A stretch of DNA of 45,998 nucleotides from Acetobacteraceae bacterium (GTDB taxonomy: Bacteria; Pseudomonadota; Alphaproteobacteria; Acetobacterales; Acetobacteraceae): NCBI GenBank assembly GCA_036555825.1, contig DATBKQ010000123.1, positions 1 through 45,998 on the forward strand, written 5' to 3'. Within the stretch, counting starts at the first letter, position 1. Every line of letters begins with the position of its first letter. The notes beneath the pieces were generated by a model, which made no database searches, was not told the DNA's origin, and saw nothing but the letters and a program-made list of their open reading frames with translations. The translations under genes and the position numbers were made by a program. Below are positions 37,513-45,052 of this stretch, in pieces.

Positions 37513-37965
37513 CTAGCTCTGCATCGGAAAGCAGGCCTGCGCCGTCAGGGATTTGTTCGAGAGCATCGGCAGGATGTTCGGGACGACCGTGGTGAACGTG
37601 TAGGTGATGTTGACCTGAGCGACATGGCTCGACATCCCGCTGCACGCGCCGCTGGCGGCGTTCGCGGTCAGGGTCAGATTCGATGCGGTGAGCGTGATAC
37701 CCCAGTTGGCCGCGAGGCCTTCGATGTAGCTCTGTGCATTCTGCTGGCTGAAGGCCCCGCCCGATGCGCAGGAACCGGCGAGGACGCCGATGCAGCGGGC
37801 TCCCTGAGCCGCCGCGGTCTCCAATGCCTCGCGCGCCCACAGCGCGCGGCCGAACTCGATGATGGCGAAGACACACATCAGCATCGCCACGGCGACGATG
37901 CCAAACTCGACCGAGGTTATCGCGCGGCGATCGTGTCGCAGGCGTACGGCAGGCCGGTCGCTCAT
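37513..37965 (-). CDS. TadE-like pseudopilin (Flp pilus assembly)
   Basis: 150 aa. N-terminal RRAITSVEFGIVAVAMLMCVFAIIEFGRALW is the TadE/TadG-type hydrophobic segment. ATG at 37965. The rest of tracked ORF 37513-38931 is out-of-context sequence. Confidence 0.8.
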   Translation of the reverse strand: MSDRPAVRLRHDRRAITSVEFGIVAVAMLMCVFAIIEFGRALWAREALETAAAQGARCIGVLAGSCASGGAFSQQNAQSYIEGLAANWGITLTASNLTLTANAASGACSGMSSHVAQVNITYTFTTVVPNILPMLSNKSLTAQACFPMQS

Positions 37966-38531
37966 TGTGTCTGCACGACCGATCCCGCGGTCATTGTCCC
38001 GCTGGTGGAGAACGCATAGCCGGCGAAGATGGGGCTGAAGCTGTAGCTTGCGCTGATGGTGACGAATTTGCCGGCGGTACTGCTGCTGCCGGTGCAGGTG
38101 GTGGTGGAACCGCAGGCGATGGCGCTGCCCCAGGTCCAGGACGTGGGCGATCCGCTCAGGCAATAGCAACTGTCGGCGTTGGCAGCGGTGCCGCTGGTCG
38201 TCGGGGTGGCACCGCCGGTGGTGGTCGCGGTCGGCCCGTTGTTCACCACCACGGTGACGGTGGCCGGCGGGTTGCCGTTGCCTTTCGCCACCAGGCTCGC
38301 GACCGCGCTCGCCAGTGTCGTGCCGCTGGTGGAACTGACCTGGCCGCTGTTCACCAGCGCGTAGTTCGCGCCGAGTGCGAGCGCCGCCTGCAGCCGGCTC
38401 CAGGTATAGACGGCGGATCCCAGGTCCACGATGCCGGCCAACGCCAGGGTGAACACCGGCACGAGCAGCGCGAATTCCACCGCCGCGACCGCGCGGCGCG
38501 CCCGTAGCAGGCACGGCAGAAGCCAGGTCAC
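37962..38531 (-). CDS. TadE/TadF-like pseudopilin
   Basis: 189 aa. RRAVAAVEFALLVPVFTLALAGIVDLGSAVY. Thr/Gly/Ser/Cys-rich C-terminal half. Overlaps the downstream gene by 4 nt. Confidence 0.8.
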   Translation of the reverse strand: MTWLLPCLLRARRAVAAVEFALLVPVFTLALAGIVDLGSAVYTWSRLQAALALGANYALVNSGQVSSTSGTTLASAVASLVAKGNGNPPATVTVVVNNGPTATTTGGATPTTSGTAANADSCYCLSGSPTSWTWGSAIACGSTTTCTGSSSTAGKFVTISASYSFSPIFAGYAFSTSGTMTAGSVVQTQ

Positions 38532-38534
38532 AGG

Positions 38535-40367
38535 CTATTGCACCAGCAGGGCGGTGGCCGACCCGATGTTCGCGGCGAAGCCGCTGCATGTGCTTGCGGT
38601 GGCCGATCCGCCGGTGAAGTAGACCGCGTTGGCGACGATCTCGAAGCAGGAGGACCCGCCGGTATTGGCGCCGCCGCTGAACTCGATGCTGGAGTTGGGG
38701 AAGTAAAGGACGCCGGCGTAGGTTCCGCTGGTGCCCCCGCTGAACATCTGCGCATAGGTCGTCACGGCGCTCGTGTAGTTGCTGGCCATCAGCACGCCCG
38801 GAATGCCGTTGGTTGCTCCGCTCGCAGGGGCCTGCAGATTTGCCGTCGAGCCGCCCGAGAATGTGTTGGTGCCATTGTCCACGATCGTCATGTGCGTCGT
38901 GCCGCTGCCGCATGGAGCGGGCGAACCGCACATGCTCGCACCGCTGGACACGACAAGATTGCCATTGATCTCCAGCAGGCTGTTACCGAAATAGGTCGGC
39001 CCGGAACTCAGCGTGACGTTGCCATTGACGTAGTACGTTCCGTCGCCGAACGTGAAGGTTCCGCCGCCGGAGCCAAGGCCGAGCGTGCTGTAAAAGTTGG
39101 TCGTCGGCGCGATGCTTATCGTCCGCCAGTTGACGGTCCCGGACAGGTTCACGACGCCGGACACCTGGTACACGTTGGCGGTAAGGGTGGTGGTGGAACC
39201 GCCGCCCGTGGTGATGCCGCCATTGACGTAAATCGTGCTGCCATTGGCGAGCGTCAGCACTCCGCTGCCACCGACACTGATGCCGCCACCGATCCAGAAA
39301 CTACCGGCATTCATGACCAGTTGATTGCTGCCGGTGGAGATGCCGCCGTTGATATACCAACTGCCGGCCGTACCATCGATCTGCAGGAGGTTGCCGCTGA
39401 CGGTGACGCCGTTCGTGACCGTGTAGTTACAGCCCGCTGTCGCCGAGATGTGCACGCTGACACCGCCCGAGACGCTGATGGACTTGATCGCGTAGCTGCC
39501 GCTGCTGCACGGCAACGTGCCCTTGTTATAGACGCCACCGGTGCCCGAGTAGTACGGATAGGTGGGATCGCTCGGCCCGGAGGGGCTCCAATTGAATTGC
39601 AGCGCGACCGTGCTTGCCGGCGTTGTCGGGTTGGACACGGTCCCGCTCAGGCTCGACAGGTTGCTGAATGCCGCCTGAACCGAGGAATTGCCGGCCACCG
39701 GGTCGGTTATGCTGCCGCTGTAGTTCTGGTTGATATTGTTGCTGACAGGCGTGGTCGTGATCGTCGCGCCGCCGCTGGTCGTGGCACTGCCTTTGGCATA
39801 GACGCCCTGCACCCGCATCGTGGCGCCGCCGCTGATCGCCAGGTTGCTTCTGGAGGCAATTGCGCAGCTCGATCCGGTGAGCGTTGCTCCTGCGTCCTCC
39901 TTGACGGCGGTGGTGGTGCCGCCGCTTGCCAAGCCGATAAGACAGGCCTGGCCGGTGGATTTCAGCTCGGCGTATGCGCTTGCGGCGACACTGGCCTGGC
40001 TCAGGCCGGTGTTGACCTGCTTTGACAGCCCTAGCGGGACGTTGCTGGTGACCGTCACCTGGACCGCCTGGTTGCCGTCGCCGGTCGGCGAATTCACCAG
40101 CGCCCCCACCGCGGCGCTGGAAGCGATGCCGTTCAGCGTCGCCACGCGCGAGATGGCGGCGTTCATGGCATCCGTGCTGCTGTTCTTCACATAGGCAAGC
40201 GCGCCGCTATAGGCCGCGGCATCGGCGACGCGCTGCACCTTCACCTTGGTCAGCAGGGCGTCGCCGTATTCCACCGCCAGGCCGGTGACGCCGATCAGCA
40301 TCGGGAATGCCCAGGCGGCCAGCACGCTGACGCTGCCTTCGCAGGCATGGCGGAACGATTTCGGCAT
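38535..40367 (-). CDS. tadG: TadG-like pilus-associated protein with Gly/Thr/Ser-rich beta-helix-like repeats
   Basis: 610 aa. N-terminal GSVSVLAAWAFPMLIGVTGLAVEYGDALLTKVKVQRVADAAAYSGALAY is the TadG_N type. Repeats of the form YINGGISTGSN / WIGGGISVGGSG / YVNGGITTGGGS follow. Confidence 0.75.
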   Translation of the reverse strand: MPKSFRHACEGSVSVLAAWAFPMLIGVTGLAVEYGDALLTKVKVQRVADAAAYSGALAYVKNSSTDAMNAAISRVATLNGIASSAAVGALVNSPTGDGNQAVQVTVTSNVPLGLSKQVNTGLSQASVAASAYAELKSTGQACLIGLASGGTTTAVKEDAGATLTGSSCAIASRSNLAISGGATMRVQGVYAKGSATTSGGATITTTPVSNNINQNYSGSITDPVAGNSSVQAAFSNLSSLSGTVSNPTTPASTVALQFNWSPSGPSDPTYPYYSGTGGVYNKGTLPCSSGSYAIKSISVSGGVSVHISATAGCNYTVTNGVTVSGNLLQIDGTAGSWYINGGISTGSNQLVMNAGSFWIGGGISVGGSGVLTLANGSTIYVNGGITTGGGSTTTLTANVYQVSGVVNLSGTVNWRTISIAPTTNFYSTLGLGSGGGTFTFGDGTYYVNGNVTLSSGPTYFGNSLLEINGNLVVSSGASMCGSPAPCGSGTTHMTIVDNGTNTFSGGSTANLQAPASGATNGIPGVLMASNYTSAVTTYAQMFSGGTSGTYAGVLYFPNSSIEFSGGANTGGSSCFEIVANAVYFTGGSATASTCSGFAANIGSATALLVQ

Positions 40368-40603
40368 TGGATGACCTCATCCTGATTTTCACGACTGCCA
40401 GCCGGGGGGCCGTACTCGGCCGGGCCCCGGCCGGCTCTTACAGAACAAACGCCACGGATTGGTATCATTTCTGGCGGGTTCCGGTTGCCTAGGCCGAACG
40501 GATTAGGCCGGCTGGCGCCGCCGGACAGACCATCAGGCGGAATGAATTTGCCGCTTCGTTTCGATAAGTTCCACCGCGACGCCAACCGGGAAGGAATTCT
40601 CCC

Positions 40604-41371
40604 ATGCTTGTCTTGCGGGTCGGTAACGCCACATTCTGCCGCGGCGGCAATGCCACGGTGCTCCAGCAGCACGGCATCCGCAGCGAACAGGCGGCAACAG
40701 GCCGCGAGGCGTTGGAATTCCTTCGCCTCTACGATTACGACCTGGTGCTGATGGACTTGCAGTTGCCGGATGTTCCGGCGTACGAGGTCGTACGCATGAT
40801 GCGCGCGGCTTCGTTGAAAACTCCCGTCGTGATCATGTCGGACACCGCGACCGTGCAGGCCAAGGTGAAGGCGCTCGACCAGGGGGCGGACGACTTTCTG
40901 CTCACACCGTGCGACGCGGAAGAGGTCCTGGCGCGCATTCGCGCGGTCGTGCGGCGCAGCCAGGGCCATACCAACTCCACCCTGACGCTTGGCCCGGTCG
41001 AACTGCTGCTGGATCGCCGCGACGTTCGCGTGCACGGCCAGTCGCTGCATCTGTCGCGCCGAGAATACGCGGTGCTTGAACTGCTGTTCCTGAAGCAGGG
41101 CCACATCCTGAACAAGGGGGCGTTCCTTACCCATCTCTATTGCGGGATGGATGAGCCGGAGATGAAGACGATCGACGTGATCATCTGCCGGCTGCGCAAG
41201 AAGCTCGCCGTTGCGGGCGTGCCGTCGCTGATCGATACCGTGTGGGGCTGCGGCTACATTCTGCGCGACCCATCGGCCGATCAGCAGGACGACCGGCGCA
41301 CGATGAACAAGCAGCCCAGCCTGGAGCGGATCGAGACCGGCTGGTCGACCCGTGTCCCGATCGCGGCCTGA
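40604..41371 (+). CDS. CtrA-like OmpR-family response regulator with degenerate receiver active site
   Basis: Colinear with CtrA: LYDYDLVLMDLQLPD, GADDF, VVRRSQGH, LSRREYAVLELL, HLYCGMDEPEMKTIDVIICRLRKKL, IDTVWGCGYILRDP. Positions 7-9 read GNA (CtrA EDD) and position 101 is T (CtrA K). GGAAGGA precedes the ATG. Confidence 0.85.
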   Translation: MLVLRVGNATFCRGGNATVLQQHGIRSEQAATGREALEFLRLYDYDLVLMDLQLPDVPAYEVVRMMRAASLKTPVVIMSDTATVQAKVKALDQGADDFLLTPCDAEEVLARIRAVVRRSQGHTNSTLTLGPVELLLDRRDVRVHGQSLHLSRREYAVLELLFLKQGHILNKGAFLTHLYCGMDEPEMKTIDVIICRLRKKLAVAGVPSLIDTVWGCGYILRDPSADQQDDRRTMNKQPSLERIETGWSTRVPIAA

Positions 41372-42155
41372 CCATCAGCCGGCGCACGGACGAAGCGATC
41401 CCGCGCCGATCTTCATCGCGGCCAAGGACTGCCTGCTCGCCGGCCTGTTGCTGCTGACGGCAGCATCGGCCTGCGCACAGCCGGCCATGTCGCTATGCGA
41501 ACGGGCCGGGCACGAGGCGGAACAGCGATATGCGTTGCCGGCCGGGCTGCTCGCGGCGATAGGCCGGGTCGAAAGCGGCCAATGGGACCTGTCGCTCGGG
41601 CGCGTGGTGCCGTCGCCCTGGGCGATCGATGCCGCCGGCCAGTCGGACCTGGCCGACAGCAAGCAGGCCGCGCTCGATCACATGCGACAATTGCAGGCGA
41701 ATGGCGTGCGCAACATCGATGTCGGCTGTTTCCAGATCAACCTGCAGGCGCATCCGTTCGCCTTCGCCGACCTTGATCAGGCATTCGATCCCGGCGCCAA
41801 CGCACAATACGCGGCACGCTTCCTGACCCTGCTGCACGCACGCCTGGGCAACTGGGAAGATGCCGTCGCTGCCTATCATTCCGCCGCGCCCGAACGCGGC
41901 GTTCCCTATCGTCAGCTCGTGTTCGCCAACTGGTCCGCACCGGAAGGGTGGCAGCACGCGCTGTCCGGCGCTCCGGCGCTGGCAAGGCCCTCGGAGCCGG
42001 TCAGGGTATTCTCGATCGGCGGCAGCGAAATCCGGGTCTGGACACCGAGCGCTGCCGGCAGTGCCGCGTCGTTCATCGCCATCGCCGGCGTTTCGCCGGG
42101 GCCGCTGCCGCGCGTGATTGCAGGCACTCCGGGTCAGCGGCGGCCTGGGACCTGA
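41352..42155 (+). CDS. Lytic transglycosylase (SLT domain) with signal peptide
   Basis: LLAAIGRVESG (catalytic Glu context), ...NIDVGCFQINL..., AAYHSA. Leader LLAGLLLLTAASACA. The only start that preserves the leader is GTG 41352, which overlaps the regulator by 20 nt. Confidence 0.7.
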   Translation: MSRSRPDHQPAHGRSDPAPIFIAAKDCLLAGLLLLTAASACAQPAMSLCERAGHEAEQRYALPAGLLAAIGRVESGQWDLSLGRVVPSPWAIDAAGQSDLADSKQAALDHMRQLQANGVRNIDVGCFQINLQAHPFAFADLDQAFDPGANAQYAARFLTLLHARLGNWEDAVAAYHSAAPERGVPYRQLVFANWSAPEGWQHALSGAPALARPSEPVRVFSIGGSEIRVWTPSAAGSAASFIAIAGVSPGPLPRVIAGTPGQRRPGT

Positions 42156-42157
42156 GA

Positions 42158-43345
42158 ATGTTCCGCGACATGGACTGGCTGGACGAGAAACGTGCCCGCA
42201 TCTATTGCGCGGCGGCGGCAATCGCCCTGCTCGGCGCGTTCGCGCAGATGCTGCTCGGTCTGCATCATGGCTACGACGCGCACGGCGACCTGCTCGGCGG
42301 CGATTATTCGAGCTTCTGGGCCGCGTCGCGCCTGATCCTTCTGGGCCGACCGGCGGACGTCTATGTTCCCGCGCTGCATCACCTCGCGGAACTGCCCGTG
42401 CTGCGGAACAGCTATTCCGCGTTTTATTATCCTCCGACCTACCTGGTTCTGTGTCTCCCGCTGGCGCTGACGGCGTTCTTCCCGTCGTTGCTGTTGTTCC
42501 TCGGCACGACGGGAGCGGCCTTCGCGGCTGTGCTGTGGCGGATCCTGCGGGCGCCGTGGAGCTTCGTCGCCGTCCTGGCGTTTCCGGCGGTTTACATCGA
42601 CATAATGCCGGGCCAGAACGCATTTCTGACCGCGGCGATCCTTGGCTGCGGCCTCGGCCTGCTGGGCCGCCGCCCCGGAGTGGCCGGCGCGATTCTGGGC
42701 CTGATGGTGCTGAAGCCTCACCTGGCATTGGCCGTACCGGTCGCCTTGCTCGTGTCGCGACGCTGGCAGACGCTGATCTGCGCGGCAGCGTCGGCACTGG
42801 GGCTGGTCGCGATCTCGTACGCGCTGTTCGGCTGGGGAACCTGGGCGGCATTCCTTGCAAATGCGCACGAAGCGCGCGAGACCCTGGAACAGGGGACGGT
42901 GGGCTTCGACAAGATGCAGAGCACCTTTGCGCTGGCACGTCTTCTCGGGGCGAGCGTCCCTGCCGCCTACGCACTGCATTCCCTGACAGCGCTGACGGCG
43001 ATCTCGGCGTTGATCTGGGCGCAGCGGCAGCAGACGGGCGCGGCCGCGGAGCGGGCGCTGATCGTCATTGCCTGCCTGCTGATCACGCCGTTTTCACTGT
43101 TCTACGACATGGTCATCCTCGCCCTCCCCTTGGCGTGGATGCTGTGCGAGTGGCGGCTGCACGGATTCCCGCCTTGGTCGAAACTTTTGCTGTGCGCGGT
43201 CTTGCTTGCCCCGGCCGTGCATCTGTTCTGCGGACCCGGTCCATTCGCGCTGCCGATTCTTCTGGTGTTCGGTGCCTACATTTTGCGCCGCGTGCCGATT
43301 ACCCGTAATGCTCCGGCGTTTTCCTGGCACGGAGCATCCGCCTGA
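42158..43345 (+). CDS. Polytopic membrane glycosyltransferase, GT87/DUF2029-like (GT-C fold)
   Basis: 395 aa, about 9-11 TM segments. Periplasmic-loop Asp context GDLLGGDYSSFWAASRLILLG, GQNAFLTAAILGCGL, MVLKPHLAL resemble PimE-type DUF2029 proteins. ATG lies 3 nt after the SLT stop. Confidence 0.6.
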   Translation: MFRDMDWLDEKRARIYCAAAAIALLGAFAQMLLGLHHGYDAHGDLLGGDYSSFWAASRLILLGRPADVYVPALHHLAELPVLRNSYSAFYYPPTYLVLCLPLALTAFFPSLLLFLGTTGAAFAAVLWRILRAPWSFVAVLAFPAVYIDIMPGQNAFLTAAILGCGLGLLGRRPGVAGAILGLMVLKPHLALAVPVALLVSRRWQTLICAAASALGLVAISYALFGWGTWAAFLANAHEARETLEQGTVGFDKMQSTFALARLLGASVPAAYALHSLTALTAISALIWAQRQQTGAAAERALIVIACLLITPFSLFYDMVILALPLAWMLCEWRLHGFPPWSKLLLCAVLLAPAVHLFCGPGPFALPILLVFGAYILRRVPITRNAPAFSWHGASA

Positions 43346-43372
43346 TGGCAACCGCCAACTCCATGTCAACCA

Positions 43373-43387
43373 TTGAAACCATTTTAA
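43373..43387 (+). promoter_or_regulatory. Near-consensus CtrA box TTGA-N7-TTAA upstream of flp
   Basis: TTGAAACCATTTTAA read directly, 111 nt upstream of the GTG at 43498. Overlapping ACCAT half-motifs (TCAACCAT, GAAACCAT). This is the most AT-rich stretch of the region. Confidence 0.4.
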
Positions 43388-43497
43388 AACTGCCCGCGTG
43401 CTCATCTCCGCCCACAGGTCCTAGGTGCGCGACACCAAGCCCTGGCCGATACGGTTCGAAATACAGCACTCGGTCCATCAAAAGAGGAGCGACGCAC

Positions 43498-43662
43498 GTG
43501 ATCCACTACATGAAGAGCTGGATTGAGCTGAGGACCGACCGTCGCGCCGTGACCGCGCTGGAGTATGCGCTGATCGCCGGCGTCATCGTGGCCACCGTGG
43601 TCGTCGGATTTCAGACCTTGGCGAACAACCTCTCGAGCAAGCTGGCTCTCATCACATTCTGA
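43498..43662 (+). CDS. flp: Flp-family type IVb pilin
   Basis: AGAGGAG lies 8 nt before the GTG at 43498 (ATG 43510 is the alternative). Product ...MKSWIELRTDRRAVTALEYALIAGVIVATVVVGFQTLANNLSSKLALITF carries the Flp motif XXXXEY plus a hydrophobic helix. The tracked 105-aa ORF is over-extended. Confidence 0.85.
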   Translation: MIHYMKSWIELRTDRRAVTALEYALIAGVIVATVVVGFQTLANNLSSKLALITF

Positions 43663-43678
43663 CGCCGGACATAAGCGA

Positions 43679-44197
43679 GTGCATTTCGCCATGTCCCTCC
43701 ATTGGTCATCGATCCTCGCACTGGGATTGCTGGCGGTCAGCGCTGCCATCATGATTGCGGCGGCGGTGCACGATGTCATCGCCCGCACCGTGCCCAACTG
43801 GATGGCTGCAACGCTCGCGCCGATCGGCCTTTCGTTGCAGGTTCTGCAAGGTCATCCGCTGATGGCACTGCTCGTAGCGAGCATCGTGTTCCTGCTGCTG
43901 GCGTTCTGCTGGCGCTTCGGCTGGATCGGCGGTGGAGATGTCAAACTACTCGGCGCCACCGCACTGGTGGTGCCACCTGCCCAGATCGCCACATTCATCA
44001 CCGCGGTCGCTCTGACCGGCGCCGTATTGGCGATCGTCTATCTGGCTGGACGCAGGATCGTTGCCGCGCCCGATGCCCGCCGCCCAACGCGGCTGCTCGC
44101 GCGGGCCATCCGTGTCGAGCGTTGGCGCATCCGCCGCGGCGGTCCGCTGCCTTATGCCTGTGCCATCGCGGCCGGGTTCCTTTTCATCATCGCCTAG
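43679..44197 (+). CDS. cpaA: A24-family prepilin peptidase CpaA/TadV
   Basis: Two catalytic Asp contexts: AAVHDVIARTVPN and GGGDVKLLGA. 5-6 TM segments. ATG 43691 is an alternative start. Confidence 0.85.
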   Translation: MHFAMSLHWSSILALGLLAVSAAIMIAAAVHDVIARTVPNWMAATLAPIGLSLQVLQGHPLMALLVASIVFLLLAFCWRFGWIGGGDVKLLGATALVVPPAQIATFITAVALTGAVLAIVYLAGRRIVAAPDARRPTRLLARAIRVERWRIRRGGPLPYACAIAAGFLFIIA

Positions 44198-44209
44198 GCG
44201 GAGCGTCCC

Positions 44210-45052
44210 GTGATTCTGCGCATCATGTTCTTCGCCCTGATGGCCATCGGCCTGGTGGGCTTCGGTACCGTCGCCTGGGTCGCCACAAGGCCACCGGCGC
44301 CGCCGCCCGCGGCGGTCGCGGCGGCGCCGCCTGCAAAGGCGGTTGTCCTGACCGTTGTCCACGCGATGCGTGCCGGCAGCATGTTGAAACCCGAAGATCT
44401 CGCATCGAAAGAGATCTCGGCCGAGGATCACCGGCCCGACATGAGCGTCGATACGCCGGACGCACGGCATTCGCTGTCGGGTGCCATGGTGCGCCGCAGC
44501 CTGAGCGCCGGGGAAGCAATCCGAGGCGGCGATGTGATGCGTCCCGGCGACCATGGATTCCTGGCCGCGGTTCTCGCGCCCGGCATGCGCGCGGTGACGG
44601 TCGGTGTCGATGCTGTCACCGGGTCGGCCGGCCTCATCTGGCCCGGCGATCGGGTCGACCTGATCCTGACGCAGACCATTCAGGAGCAGCAGTTGCCGAT
44701 CGGGCGGCGGGTGGCGGCGGAAACCGTGCTGTCGGATGTGCGGGTGATCGCCATCGATCAGCAACTCGTGCAGGGCGCGGAGGCGAGCGGGCCGGATGCC
44801 CAGGCGCGCACCGTCACGCTGGAAGTGACGCAGGACCAGGCGGAGCGCGTCTCGGTCGCCACGCGTCTCGGCCGGCTCTCGCTCGCCGTTCGGTCGGCCG
44901 ATTCGGTGCCCGGCGCGAAGCTCGCCGCGGCACCGAACACGACCTGGGCGGTCGATGTCTCGCCCGCGCTCGGTTCGCAGGCGCCGACACCAACGCAGAA
45001 CACGATCCGGATCTTCCAGGGTTCCTCCGACGCAAAGGAGTTCAAGTTCTGA
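44210..45052 (+). CDS. cpaB: Flp pilus assembly protein CpaB/RcpC
   Basis: N-terminal TM anchor, SAF-like domain (GSMLKPEDLA...GEAIRGGDV), then GMRAVTVGVDAVTGSAGLIWPGDRVDLI. GGCGGAG precedes the GTG. Confidence 0.85.
   Translation: MILRIMFFALMAIGLVGFGTVAWVATRPPAPPPAAVAAAPPAKAVVLTVVHAMRAGSMLKPEDLASKEISAEDHRPDMSVDTPDARHSLSGAMVRRSLSAGEAIRGGDVMRPGDHGFLAAVLAPGMRAVTVGVDAVTGSAGLIWPGDRVDLILTQTIQEQQLPIGRRVAAETVLSDVRVIAIDQQLVQGAEASGPDAQARTVTLEVTQDQAERVSVATRLGRLSLAVRSADSVPGAKLAAAPNTTWAVDVSPALGSQAPTPTQNTIRIFQGSSDAKEFKF

Noticed and set aside
40368-40603. Search for CtrA boxes (TTAA-N7-TTAA) in the tadG / CtrA-like divergent spacer
   Set aside because: No full or one-mismatch box was found by eye, only GC-rich hairpins (40399-40436). 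A regulatory link to tadG is therefore not supported by sequence.
43345-43497. N-terminal 51 codons of the tracked 105-aa ORF containing flp
   Set aside because: Flp prepilins are 50-80 aa, and a strong AGAGGAG Shine-Dalgarno precedes the internal GTG at 43498. The upstream part would start within the GT87 stop codon and contains the AT-rich promoter-like region.
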